From: Spirochaetota bacterium
GTDB taxonomy: Bacteria > Spirochaetota > UBA4802 > JAFGDQ01
Reading direction: 5' to 3'
DNA: 64,000 nucleotides
Assembly (NCBI GenBank): GCA_043803405.1
Contig: JAZDKB010000009.1
Location: forward strand, 32,001 to 96,000
Shown: one piece after another, positions 1 to 9,830 of the stretch
Layout of the letters: each line of letters opens with the position of its first letter
How positions within the stretch are numbered: position 1 is the stretch's first letter
Notes under the pieces: generated by a model
The model's database searches: none
What the model saw: the letters and a program-made list of their open reading frames with translations, nothing else
What the model was told of the DNA's origin: nothing
Made by a program: the position numbers and the translations under genes

Positions 1-758
1 TGATTCAGACTCTGGATTTCTTCTTTTAATTTCTCTCTTTTTTTATTGAACTCGTAGTAATCAATCAGATGAATTTTAATATCGAGATCAACAGATCTCT
101 TGCGTAGAGAAATATATTGCTTTGTTTTAGACGCCTGCCCGGATTTGATATCGCGTTCTCTTTCTATCTCTTTTATTATATCATTTATTCTTGCAAGATT
201 TGAACTTGTATTCGAAAGTTTCTTTTCAGATTCTTTGCGCTGCAGCTTATAGCGTGAAACACCCGCAGCTTCTTCAAACAAATACCTTCTGTCCTCGGCA
301 CGTGTTGATAAAATCATGTCTATTTTACCCTGCTCCATAACCGAATATGAAGTCTTACCGATCCCTGTATCCATAAAAAGCTTTTCGATATCCTTGAGCC
401 GTACAGGGGATTTATTAATAAGGTATTCGGATTCTCCATCTCTGAAAATCCGCCTGCTGACTCTAACTGCATCGGTATCGATATCCAGAATTTTGTTTGA
501 ATTATCGATGGTGATTGAAACTTCGGCTACAGACAGCGGCTTTCTCTGGTCTGCGCCATTAAAAATAATATCCTCCATTTTTTCGCCGCGAATATTTTTC
601 GCCTGTTTCTCTCCTAGCACCCATCTTACGCTGTCTACTATATTGGATTTTCCGCATCCGTTCGGGCCAATAATTGCCGTAATTCCCGGTTCTATAATTA
701 TCTCGGTTTTATCTGCAAAGGATTTAAAACCGAATAATTCAAATGATCTAAGTTGCAT
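1..758 (-). CDS. smc: Chromosome segregation protein SMC, N-terminal part (runs off window start)
   Basis: Manual translation from ATG at 758: MQLRSFELFGFKSFADKT...GITAIIGPNGCGKSNIVDSVRWVLGE...MEDIIFNG...YSVMEQGKID...LFEEAAGVSRYK; Walker A and Q-loop of the SMC head. Confidence 0.95.
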   Translation of the reverse strand, partial: MQLRSFELFGFKSFADKTEIIIEPGITAIIGPNGCGKSNIVDSVRWVLGEKQAKNIRGEKMEDIIFNGADQRKPLSVAEVSITIDNSNKILDIDTDAVRVSRRIFRDGESEYLINKSPVRLKDIEKLFMDTGIGKTSYSVMEQGKIDMILSTRAEDRRYLFEEAAGVSRYKLQRKESEKKLSNTSSNLARINDIIKEIERERDIKSGQASKTKQYISLRKRSVDLDIKIHLIDYYEFNKKREKLKEEIQSLN

Positions 759-1081
759 TATTTTCCTGACTTAAATTAGTTTAATAATTAAAAATTCGTT
801 TCAAAACCAATATTTATTGTCTCAGTATACGTCTTTAAACAGTCGGGATACATTATAAGTTAACATATAGAATAGAAATCTATTGGATATTTCGATTTAT
901 GTAAAATGGCAACCGGCTTAAAAAGACAAGTTTATTTTATTAACTGCGTATGTAAAAAACAAATTCAATACATTGTCAACAAAATATTTAAAAATATAAA
1001 TCCTCTATTTTTGTATTGAATTAAACTTTTATGCCGGTCTATAATATAGACTAATAAATTATTTAATATGGTGGTAAAATT

Positions 1082-1615
1082 ATGCGATCTATAACTTATT
1101 TTTTGATAATTGTTATTTTTTGCTTTATTAATTGTAAATCGTTTAATAAAATAACATATGATAGCGTAAACACATTAAGCGGAAATCCGAAAAAAGAGAT
1201 TGAATCGAATGATAAAATAGACAACTGGAAGACTTATGAAATTTTTTTTAAGCTCAGCAGTGATGAAGATTGTATAAATATTAAAATGATGGCTGAAACG
1301 TATGACGAAGTATCTGGTAAAAATATTGCTTTAAAAATTTTTTTTATTATTGATAAAGCGGTAGATATCAGCCGGTTCAACCAGGAAAAAAAAATCCTTT
1401 TTTCAGAACTTGGCAGAAATTATAATTTTAACTGGAGCGCGAGACAGAATATTGATGTTTGTTCTATCCGAAACGATCCTATAAAAAGACTGGATAAAAA
1501 CAATGTCTTCAGAATTCGTTTTACAGCTTTTAAAATAACTAATTTTTTATATAATATAAATATATTTTCAGACAGCCAGATAAAAATTATGGATAAAAAT
1601 TCCTTAATAAAATAA
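1082..1615 (+). CDS. Hypothetical exported protein, putative lipoprotein
   Basis: 177 aa ORF; hydrophobic N-terminus ending FINC (lipobox-like). Confidence 0.6.
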   Translation: MRSITYFLIIVIFCFINCKSFNKITYDSVNTLSGNPKKEIESNDKIDNWKTYEIFFKLSSDEDCINIKMMAETYDEVSGKNIALKIFFIIDKAVDISRFNQEKKILFSELGRNYNFNWSARQNIDVCSIRNDPIKRLDKNNVFRIRFTAFKITNFLYNINIFSDSQIKIMDKNSLIK

Positions 1616-1742
1616 TTTAACATAAAATTATATAAATAATATAAAAATTATGTTTGACATAATAATCTATAGATTTTTTTATTATGTAAGTTAAGTTAAG
1701 GATGATTGCTATTAGTATTCATAAAAAATACGGAGGTAACTC

Positions 1743-2279
1743 ATGAAAAAATTAGCTGTTATAGTTTTAATATCCGGAATGGCAATATTCGGGTCGAATG
1801 CTCTGGATGCAAAAGCGATCGGTGGTAAGGTTATTTACAACAAGATGATGGATGATTATACTGATCCTGGGCAAGATTTTGATAATAATCTTTCCGGTGG
1901 TGGATTTTTTGAATTAGGCCCATCTTTTTATGGTTCAAGATTCAGACCTGGATTGGACTGGGTAACACTTGAAAATGATAATGGCAGATATGCCAGAGTT
2001 TATGGAATACATCTTGACTGGTACTGGTTTTTTATGGATGGCAAAACGTTTAATCCTTTCATCGGTTTCGGCCCTTCTCTAAATTATATCAATTACAGGG
2101 ATAACCACAGTATAGATGATGACTCGGATGCAGGTATTGAAGGATTCGCTGGATTTGAGTTTAACTTTTCAAGCCCGTGGTCACTTATAGCTGAAGCAAG
2201 ACTTGTTCAGCACGATATTGCTGATTTAGGTGCAAGAATTTTTAAACTAAGCGTTGGCATTGTATATTATTTTAATTAA
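1743..2279 (+). CDS. Outer-membrane beta-barrel protein (small 8-stranded type)
   Basis: Signal peptide, alternating aromatic beta strands, C-terminal strand LSVGIVYYFN; RBS GGAGG upstream. Confidence 0.7.
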   Translation: MKKLAVIVLISGMAIFGSNALDAKAIGGKVIYNKMMDDYTDPGQDFDNNLSGGGFFELGPSFYGSRFRPGLDWVTLENDNGRYARVYGIHLDWYWFFMDGKTFNPFIGFGPSLNYINYRDNHSIDDDSDAGIEGFAGFEFNFSSPWSLIAEARLVQHDIADLGARIFKLSVGIVYYFN

Positions 2280-2302
2280 CAAAATATTATTATTTTTTTA
2301 TT

Positions 2303-2335
2303 AAAAAAGGAGCTTTTGGAATAGCTCCTTTTTTT
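2303..2335 (+). terminator. Rho-independent terminator, probably bidirectional
   Basis: AAAAAAGGAGC-loop-GCTCCTTTTTTT between convergent genes. Confidence 0.8.
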
Positions 2336-2416
2336 ATTTTCAGATCAAATTTCACAAACTCGTAAACGCTTGCAATTTTATAATTATATACAGCAGAGAT
2401 GATCAATAAAAGTTAA

Positions 2417-3877
2417 TTAAAACGATTTAGAAAATATAATTCCCAAGCCTTTATCAGACAAATAATGAGATGAGGAATTAAAGCTGAAGGTATCGTAATT
2501 GAAAAAATAATTTTTCTGTGGCGAATAAAACGCGATAGCGATATCATACTGTGTTTTATCGAGATAATAAAATATACCTGCAGAAATTATTGTTATTCCG
2601 GCAGCATATAACGATATCTGCTTATAAAATGCATATTTATCCTTCTTATCCTGACTGGAGTTCGGTTTAACATTCTCATCATTTATCTTTAAACTAAAAT
2701 ACAAATAAGAAGCAGAACTTAAAACTATACCGAAAGAAGAACATAAAAATAAATTATAATAAGCGGATGTTCTTGTAAAATAATATTGCTTGCTGTCCCC
2801 CGTTTCTAAATTAATATAAAAATCATTCTTATTTATTTTATCATTGCCGATTTTAATAGTCTGATATTTTGTAATATATCCTTCTTTTTCGATACGCATT
2901 CTATATGTGCCGTCTATTAAATCATCTTTTATTACCGGGCTTAATCCGATAAAATTTGAATCAAGATATACCCTTGCATTGTCCGGCGTTGTGGTAATTT
3001 TAATGCTGTTTTTGTGGAACAAATCTGCTGAACTAAAGTTTATTTGAAGACTGGCAGAAGTTTTTTCGGCGATATTAATATTAGTTGTCTTTTCAGCAAC
3101 TTTTTCTTTTAGTACAACTACTTTGTGATCCCCTGATTCCAGAAGTATTCCTGTCCGGTCTGTCCGTCCAAAATATCTGTCATCTACGTATATGCCTGAA
3201 TTTTTTTCATTGCAAAAAATGTTCAGAAATGAATAATGAAAAATAATCGACTTAATTGCTTCCTGAGCAATTTGATCCAGTAATATATTTATATTTTTAA
3301 AAGTCCCTTCATCTTCTATTTGAAAAACTTTTGCGTAAATATTATTGATTATTTTTACTTTAATTTTTAAATTATTCTTATACTGTGTAAGAGCGCCGGT
3401 AATAATAATATCAGTTCCTGGAATCGCGATTAACTCCTGAGAGTTTATATCAATAATTTCTGCTGCCACATCTGTCTTTTTTACATCAATAATCTGTAAT
3501 TCTAAAAATCCATCATAACGTTTTTCATCATTAAGTATTTCAGCATTTATATTATTTTCATTTTTTATTTTAAATTTCTCATCTGAGTTGAATGCATTGC
3601 TTTTAAAATCATTAAACTTATAAAGAAAACGTAGCTTTTTATAAAGCAGAATCTTGTCACCTAAGTAATCCTTAATATATTCTATAATATATTTTCTTTC
3701 ATCCGATAATTCTCCATTGAAAGGTAAAATAAGTATATTCAGATTATCTTTGTGCTTAACTTTTGGCTGGATCGAATACGGTGCTTTTTTAATTATATCA
3801 GCAAATCCAATATTCGGGAATAATATAAAAATATTAATTAAAACGAAACTAATAAATCCTGTTTTAAAGAATTTCAT
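2417..3877 (-). CDS. PEGA domain-containing membrane protein
   Basis: Two PEGA-like repeats (IYVDDRYFGRT; ITTTPDNARVYLDSNFIGLSP...GTYRMRIEKEGY), signal peptide, C-terminal TM helices. Confidence 0.75.
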   Translation of the reverse strand: MKFFKTGFISFVLINIFILFPNIGFADIIKKAPYSIQPKVKHKDNLNILILPFNGELSDERKYIIEYIKDYLGDKILLYKKLRFLYKFNDFKSNAFNSDEKFKIKNENNINAEILNDEKRYDGFLELQIIDVKKTDVAAEIIDINSQELIAIPGTDIIITGALTQYKNNLKIKVKIINNIYAKVFQIEDEGTFKNINILLDQIAQEAIKSIIFHYSFLNIFCNEKNSGIYVDDRYFGRTDRTGILLESGDHKVVVLKEKVAEKTTNINIAEKTSASLQINFSSADLFHKNSIKITTTPDNARVYLDSNFIGLSPVIKDDLIDGTYRMRIEKEGYITKYQTIKIGNDKINKNDFYINLETGDSKQYYFTRTSAYYNLFLCSSFGIVLSSASYLYFSLKINDENVKPNSSQDKKDKYAFYKQISLYAAGITIISAGIFYYLDKTQYDIAIAFYSPQKNYFFNYDTFSFNSSSHYLSDKGLGIIFSKSF

Positions 3878-3880
3878 TAA

Positions 3881-4447
3881 TTATCCTTTTAATCTTTTTG
3901 CATCGAAATCGGATCTTTTAAAAAGGGAGAAAACCTGAACATGCAGTTTTTCTATATTTTCCCTCCCGCCTTCTTCCCTGTCTATTATTACAAAGGCTTT
4001 CTCAACAATTAAACCGGCCTCACGCAATTTTTCGATAGCCTGAATTGTTGATTTCCCGGTTGTAATTACATCGTCAATAACCATGACGTTTTTAATTTTT
4101 TCCAGATTTCCTTCTATCCATTTTTGAGTGCCATGTTTTTTCGGTTCTTTGCGTACGATTAGCGGATAAATAAAAGCGTTATTCCTGAATGCCTCCAGAG
4201 AAATTGAAAGAGATATGGGATCGGCCCCGAGCGTTAATCCTCCGGCAGCATCAATGCCGAAATCCCTGGCTTTTTCAAAAATCAGTTGCCCTATAAGAAA
4301 ACATCCTTCCGGATCGAGTGTAGCTGCCTTGCAGTCGAAATAATAAGGGCTTAATGCGCCGGACGTCAGGGTAAACGGAGGATTATCCCTGTATCTGAAT
4401 GCCCTTGTATAAAGAATGTTAAATAATCTTTCTCTGTTGTTTTCCAT
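3881..4447 (-). CDS. pyrE: Orotate phosphoribosyltransferase
   Basis: FTLTSGALSPYYFD, RKEPKKHG, PRPP motif VIDDVITTGKS; ATG at 4447 has GAGGAG RBS (track start 4465). Confidence 0.95.
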   Translation of the reverse strand: MENNRERLFNILYTRAFRYRDNPPFTLTSGALSPYYFDCKAATLDPEGCFLIGQLIFEKARDFGIDAAGGLTLGADPISLSISLEAFRNNAFIYPLIVRKEPKKHGTQKWIEGNLEKIKNVMVIDDVITTGKSTIQAIEKLREAGLIVEKAFVIIDREEGGRENIEKLHVQVFSLFKRSDFDAKRLKG

Positions 4448-4549
4448 ATTCTCCTCTTGATTCAATTTTTTATTTTAATATAGTAGAATTTTGATAGAAT
4501 TAACTCAAGAAATATATAACTAAAGCAGTTTACGTAATGATTCGTACTA

Positions 4550-4632
4550 TGTCATTTCGAACGGATGTGAGAAATCCACTGATTAAGTGTAAAAGTAGAT
4601 TTCTCAGTCGCTATCGCTCCTTCGAAATGACA
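4550..4632. repeat. Palindromic REP-like element (TGTCATTTCGA...GAGAAATC / GATTTCTC...TCGAAATGACA)
   Basis: Nested inverted repeats seen directly; degenerate relative at 56716-56796. Confidence 0.75.
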
Positions 4633-4783
4633 ATTTGATATACTAATTCAATCGTTAAATACTATAATCTCAAAATTAAGTTTGATATTCAATAAATTGT
4701 GATGTATTTCAATTTAAAGTCAGCTATTTAAAAAAAATTATAATTTTGAGATGATTCTAGTAATTCTTGAATTTTCAATGCAT

Positions 4784-6073
4784 TTATTTCTGATTATATT
4801 TCAAAGGCCACAGCTTCTTTAATCTCTCGGAAATTGATTTTTCGCTTCCTTCTTCGCTTGGCTTATAAAACACTTCATTCTTTATTTTTTCCGGCAAATA
4901 TTCCTCCTCAATAAAATGACCATCATAATCATGCGGATATTTGTAACCTTTATGGTAACCCATATTCTTCATTAATTTCGTAGGCGCATTGCGTAAATGC
5001 ATCGGTATCTCAAGCGTACTATTGTTTATTACCGCATTCTTGGCTCTCTGGATAGCCATGTAAGACGCATTGCTCTTGGGACAGGATGCTAAAAAAGTAG
5101 CGCATTGCGAGAGTATGATCTCGGCTTCGGGCATGCCTATATTCTTTACAGCGAGAAAAACAGACGTAGCTATACTAATGGCGTTCGGAGAAGCGTTTCC
5201 GACATCTTCCGAAGCAAGAATAACCATGCGCCTTGCAATGAATTCCGGGTCCTCGCCTCCTTCCAGCATTCTGGCAAGATAGTATACCGCAGCATCCGGG
5301 TCCGAGCCTCTGAGCGACTTAATGAAAGCCGAAATAGTGTCATAATGCTTATCACCGGCGCGGTCGTAATATATCGTAATATCTTTAAGCGCTTCGTTCA
5401 AAATTTCGCCTGTTATTTTGCCGTTTACAGACAACAGCACGGAAGCTTCGAGTAGATTCAGCATTCTTCTCGCATCTCCCTGGGATATTCCAATGAGATT
5501 TTCTTTCGCACCTTCATCAAAAACAAGATTTTTATCTTTTAAAATTAAATCTTTTTTAATTGCAGAATCGAGAATAGCAGATAACTCATTATCAGCTAAT
5601 TTTTTCAGCCTGATAACGCGCGTCCTTGAAAGCAAGGGCGAAATTACCTGAAACGAAGGATTCTCAGTAGTAGCCCCGATTAAAACTACTTCGCCGGACT
5701 CAACCGCTCCCAGAACCGCGTCCTGCTGCGCTTTATTAAACCTGTGAATCTCATCAATAACAAGAAGAGTCGGTATGCCTTTCTCTTTGTTAATTTTTCC
5801 TTTTTCAATTATCTTTCTTACATCGCCTACCCCTGCGGAAATTGCGCTTAAAAAATACGAGTCCATATTGCAATACATTGCGATTAAATGCGCCAGTGTA
5901 GTTTTTCCGGAACCTGGCTCACCCCATAATATCATAGAGAAAGGCGTACCTTTTTTAAAAACGGCATTTAATATTTTACCGTTACTCATTAAATGATTCT
6001 GCCCTATAAAGTCTTCAAGATTTTTCGGACGGCATCTTTCAGCCAAAGGGCTAAGTTCTTTTTTATCAGTCAT
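4784..6073 (-). CDS. rarA: Replication-associated recombination protein A (RarA/MgsA AAA+ ATPase)
   Basis: PLAERCRPKNLEDFIGQ, GEPGSGKTT, DEIHRFNKAQQD, GATTENP, SAFIKSLRGSDPDA, ASEDVGNA. Confidence 0.95.
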   Translation of the reverse strand: MTDKKELSPLAERCRPKNLEDFIGQNHLMSNGKILNAVFKKGTPFSMILWGEPGSGKTTLAHLIAMYCNMDSYFLSAISAGVGDVRKIIEKGKINKEKGIPTLLVIDEIHRFNKAQQDAVLGAVESGEVVLIGATTENPSFQVISPLLSRTRVIRLKKLADNELSAILDSAIKKDLILKDKNLVFDEGAKENLIGISQGDARRMLNLLEASVLLSVNGKITGEILNEALKDITIYYDRAGDKHYDTISAFIKSLRGSDPDAAVYYLARMLEGGEDPEFIARRMVILASEDVGNASPNAISIATSVFLAVKNIGMPEAEIILSQCATFLASCPKSNASYMAIQRAKNAVINNSTLEIPMHLRNAPTKLMKNMGYHKGYKYPHDYDGHFIEEEYLPEKIKNEVFYKPSEEGSEKSISERLKKLWPLKYNQK

Positions 6074-6146
6074 AAATTTAATTTAGAAAATAGAGCATAC
6101 TAATACAATGTTATACTGATTTTTGAATTTGCATCAGAAAATTTTC

Positions 6147-6174
6147 AAAAAAAAATCCGGCATAGCCGGATTTT
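6147..6174 (-). terminator. Rho-independent terminator downstream of rpsU
   Basis: AAAATCCGGC-ATA-GCCGGATTTT stem with A-run giving a U-tract on the minus strand. Confidence 0.75.
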
Positions 6175-6234
6175 ATATAAATATGTAATTGTTAATTTAA
6201 ATACTGTTGCTTATTTAAAAGCAAAGTTAAATTA

Positions 6235-6534
6235 TTATTGTGATGAATTAGCAGCTATTCTATCTGAATCTTCCTGTCCGGCTTGATGCTCTCTTGGAAA
6301 TGGCCTAGTGCCAGGAACTTTTTTTACTTGAGTGTGAACCATCATTCGTCTCATTTTTTTAACGCGTCGTCTTTCCGCTTCTTCCTGTTTCCTCTTCTTT
6401 TGAGCGCTGGGCTTTTCGTAATATCTTCTTCTTTTAAGTTCCTTAAATACGCCTTCAAAAGCCATTTTCTTTTTCAGATTTTTAAATGCTCTCTCCAGAT
6501 CTCCATTAACTTCAACTTCAATTGGATTAATCAT
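6235..6534 (-). CDS. rpsU: 30S ribosomal protein S21 with C-terminal extension
   Basis: DLERAFKNLKKKMAFEGVFKELKRRRYYEKPS signature; start reassigned to ATG 6534. Confidence 0.9.
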   Translation of the reverse strand: MINPIEVEVNGDLERAFKNLKKKMAFEGVFKELKRRRYYEKPSAQKKRKQEEAERRRVKKMRRMMVHTQVKKVPGTRPFPREHQAGQEDSDRIAANSSQ

Positions 6535-6906
6535 CAATATAATCACTTCCTTCAATTTTATGATTTTGTGCAATATTAGCTTTAACATATAATTCAGTCA
6601 ATACAAATTTTATACAATTTACGAATTATAGCCTGATTTTTTTAAAATATTGTAAAAAATTCTTATGTTAAGATATATATTACATATTCAATAATTCTTA
6701 ATCCTATATATAAAATTTCTTTTAAATTCACTCAAAATTAATTATACTGTTAATTTTTTTTGAAATAAATAGAAAAAATGCAGGATATTTGTGCAACTTA
6801 TATATATATAAATTTTTTTATTAAATATATTTTTTTACTTGTAAAATAATAAATATATTACTTCATATACTCACCCTTGGAAAAAATAATAAATCAGGAG
6901 GTTTTT

Positions 6907-7326
6907 ATGGCAGGAGATTTAAACAGAATAACTTTAATAGGTAGATTGACCAGGGACCCGGAATTAAAATACATACAAAGCGGGACCGCAGTGGCGAATT
7001 TTTCAATAGCTAATAATAGAATTTATACTACTAATAATGGTGAAAAAAAAGAAGAAGTATCGTATTTTGACTGTATAGCATGGGGAAAACTGGGTGAGAT
7101 TGTAAGCGAATATTGCCAGAAAGGGCGCAGAATAGCAATTGAAGGAAGATTGCAGCAAAGAAGATGGGACGACCAGGAAGGAAATAAAAAGTCTAAAATT
7201 GAAATAGTTACGGATAATGTTCAGTTTCTCGACGGGAAATCAGCTTCTGATAGCCATTCAGCCGATGTGCCCCAACCTGTAGGAGCGAGCGAAAATCCTT
7301 TTTCCGATGATAATATACCTTTCTAA
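6907..7326 (+). CDS. ssb: Single-stranded DNA-binding protein
   Basis: NRITLIGRLTRDPELKY, C-terminal DDNIPF tail; AGGAG RBS before ATG 6907. Confidence 0.97.
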   Translation: MAGDLNRITLIGRLTRDPELKYIQSGTAVANFSIANNRIYTTNNGEKKEEVSYFDCIAWGKLGEIVSEYCQKGRRIAIEGRLQQRRWDDQEGNKKSKIEIVTDNVQFLDGKSASDSHSADVPQPVGASENPFSDDNIPF

Positions 7327-7381
7327 GCAGTCAATTTTTTAAATTATTATATATCTACCTTTTTATTTTTAAAGAAATTAG

Positions 7382-7411
7382 GAGACAGGTAAAAACCTGT
7401 CTCTGTCTTTT
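7382..7411 (+). terminator. Probable terminator after ssb
   Basis: GAGACAGG-TAAAAA-CCTGTCTC followed by T-rich tract. Confidence 0.6.
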
Positions 7412-7537
7412 AATTATTCTATTGAAATATCCCGGTTATACTTTTTAAATTCATATTGATTAATCTTGTTTTATTCTTGTAATATTAATTATTCTTTGAT
7501 TATCTTGAAAAAGAATAAGTTTTTAAGGAGTCGGAAC

Positions 7538-9817
7538 GTGGGTATTAAAGAAAAAGTAATTAAATATAATAATAAAATAATTAAAATAAAAAAAATAATT
7601 GAGGATATATACGCTGGAGATGCAAAATACAATAAAAAAGTAATTAATGCATATAGAGTCCTTATTGCCTCATCAAAAAAATTCCTGGCAGATGACTGTT
7701 TTACCAAGGCTTCGGCAATAGCATATACAACTTTAATTTCACTGATACCTACGCTGACCGTTGTTCTGACTTTTTACTCAATATTTCAAAGAGTCGGCGA
7801 CCAGAAAGAAGAAGTCTTTACCCGAATAACAACTTTTTTAATTGAACATAATATCAAAATAAATATTGATCCTATTCTTGAAACAATTTCGAGCCTTATT
7901 GAGAATGCAGGAAAGATAGGAGGAATTGGCGCTGTTATACTTATTTTTTCCGCAACCGCAGTGCTCAGAACTCTTGATAAATCATTAAACGATATCTGGA
8001 ACATTAAAACAGGCAGAACAATCTTTTTAAAGATAATCTACTTCTGGGCAGCCTTGTCTTTAGGTCCGATTTTAATTATATCGGGAAGTACATTATCAAG
8101 TCAATTGACATCAATGCTTTCATCACCCAATCACTATTCCGCTGAAGTTGCAAATGACGGCAATATATGGGCAGTGGGAAGCAAGGCAGAAATTGTTTAT
8201 TCAAAATATTCCGAAATAAATTTTACGCCTCTTTCCATAAGTAAAATCGATTTCGATAATCAGGAAGAATTCCGTTTCGATTACAATAATAAAACATTTA
8301 TTAAACAGGAATTCAAAGTAGAAGAAATCGAATTCGATAAAGCTGAATTTAAAAAAATTAAATTTATTAATAATTACGGCTGGATTGTAGGTAAAAACGG
8401 ATATTTCCTGTTTACTTACAATAAAGGCAGGTCATGGAATTTAAAAAAGCTTGGTACATTCGGATTTAATGATATTTATATGTTTGATCAGGATAAAGGG
8501 TTTATCGTGGCCGATAACGGATACCTGCTTTATACAAGCGATGGATGGGAACAAATAGAAGTCAAAGAGTGGAAAGACATTACTGTAAATTTAAAATCCA
8601 TTTCATTTAACAATAAATATGGTATTATAACCGGTGAAAGAGGCTTGATCATTACGACAAATGACAACGGCAAAACATGGGAGTATAAAAATTTATCCGA
8701 AGCAAAAATTAATAAAAAATCTATAAATATTAATTCGGCCTATTTCATGAATAAAACCAAAATGCTGCTCGCTTGTGACGAGGGAATTATTCTTTTAAGC
8801 GATGATGCGGGTAAAACGTGGGAAAGAAAAAAATTCTATGATGAAAATTACTATTCAATAAATTTTACCAGTAATTCAGCAGGTTATATTGCTGGCAGCA
8901 AAGGAATTTTTATTTCTACAACCGACGGTGGGCAAAACTGGTACAAAAAAGAATTATCGATCAGCAATATTAATTCCATTACTATTATTAAAGGGCTTAT
9001 ATGGGCTTTCGGTGATAATGGAATGACGCTTAAATCTTCAGATAACGGTAAAACCTGGGAAGGAGTTAAAGGCAAAAGCATTATTTTATATTTAACCAAT
9101 TTTTTCGCGCCGTTTTTATATATCTGGCTTCTATTCCTTCTTATATATATTTTCTTCCCAAATACAAAGATCCCGTTCAAGCCTGCGGCTATTGGCGCCG
9201 CTTTTACAGGTACAATATGGGTAATCTTTATTATGCTTTTTGAAATTTACATTAAAGCCTTTGCAAAAGGCAGCCTGGCTATTTACGGAGCACTTGCGGC
9301 TATTCCTTTGTTTTTACTTATGGTTTATACTTCATTTCTGATTGTACTGTTTGGAGCGGAAGTTTCCTTTACGCTTATGCATCCGCACACATATATGAAA
9401 TTGAAAAAACAATTTAACTTTGAGAAGGAAATTCATTTATTTTACGGAATTTCAATTTTGTACTTTATTTACAAAAAATTTGAAGCAGGGAAAGGCACGT
9501 CAAATAAAAAAGAATTATTAAAAATAACATTAAATAACTATGACGAGCTTAATTATTTCCTGGAAATATTCAAAAAAGAAGCTTTTCTTGTTGAATCAGA
9601 CGAAAATTTCTCTCCTGCAAATTCTTCAAAAAATATTTATATTTCCGATATAATAAGCCTTACACACGATGTAAGTCTTTATGTTCCGGGCGAAATTTCC
9701 TCACGGGACAGGTTAAAAAAAATAATGGAAGATATTTTCAGCAAAATGAAAAAATCAAAGGAAGGCATAGTAGGAAAAATTACTCTGGAAGATTTAATTG
9801 TACAGACAGCTAAATAA
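7538..9817 (+). CDS. YihY/BrkB-family membrane protein with inserted YCF48/BNR-repeat beta-propeller
   Basis: N-terminal ASAIAYTTLISLIP...SLNDIW and C-terminal IYGALAAIPLFLLMVY...VLFGAE YihY motifs flank Asp-box repeats (TNDNGKTW, SDDAGKTW, TTDGGQNW, SSDNGKTW); GTG 7538 has AAGGAG RBS. Confidence 0.85.
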   Translation: MGIKEKVIKYNNKIIKIKKIIEDIYAGDAKYNKKVINAYRVLIASSKKFLADDCFTKASAIAYTTLISLIPTLTVVLTFYSIFQRVGDQKEEVFTRITTFLIEHNIKINIDPILETISSLIENAGKIGGIGAVILIFSATAVLRTLDKSLNDIWNIKTGRTIFLKIIYFWAALSLGPILIISGSTLSSQLTSMLSSPNHYSAEVANDGNIWAVGSKAEIVYSKYSEINFTPLSISKIDFDNQEEFRFDYNNKTFIKQEFKVEEIEFDKAEFKKIKFINNYGWIVGKNGYFLFTYNKGRSWNLKKLGTFGFNDIYMFDQDKGFIVADNGYLLYTSDGWEQIEVKEWKDITVNLKSISFNNKYGIITGERGLIITTNDNGKTWEYKNLSEAKINKKSININSAYFMNKTKMLLACDEGIILLSDDAGKTWERKKFYDENYYSINFTSNSAGYIAGSKGIFISTTDGGQNWYKKELSISNINSITIIKGLIWAFGDNGMTLKSSDNGKTWEGVKGKSIILYLTNFFAPFLYIWLLFLLIYIFFPNTKIPFKPAAIGAAFTGTIWVIFIMLFEIYIKAFAKGSLAIYGALAAIPLFLLMVYTSFLIVLFGAEVSFTLMHPHTYMKLKKQFNFEKEIHLFYGISILYFIYKKFEAGKGTSNKKELLKITLNNYDELNYFLEIFKKEAFLVESDENFSPANSSKNIYISDIISLTHDVSLYVPGEISSRDRLKKIMEDIFSKMKKSKEGIVGKITLEDLIVQTAK

Positions 9818-9830
9818 TATTTATATTATT

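Noticed and set aside
316..774. 152-aa plus-strand ORF
   Set aside because: Antisense shadow of smc on the minus strand
6100..6145. TCAGTA half-match to the proposed LexA repeat upstream of rarA
   Set aside because: Only one partial half-site in AT-rich DNA; likely chance
6589..6900. Very AT-rich region between rpsU and ssb as possible replication origin
   Set aside because: No cluster of DnaA boxes seen; consistent with divergent promoters
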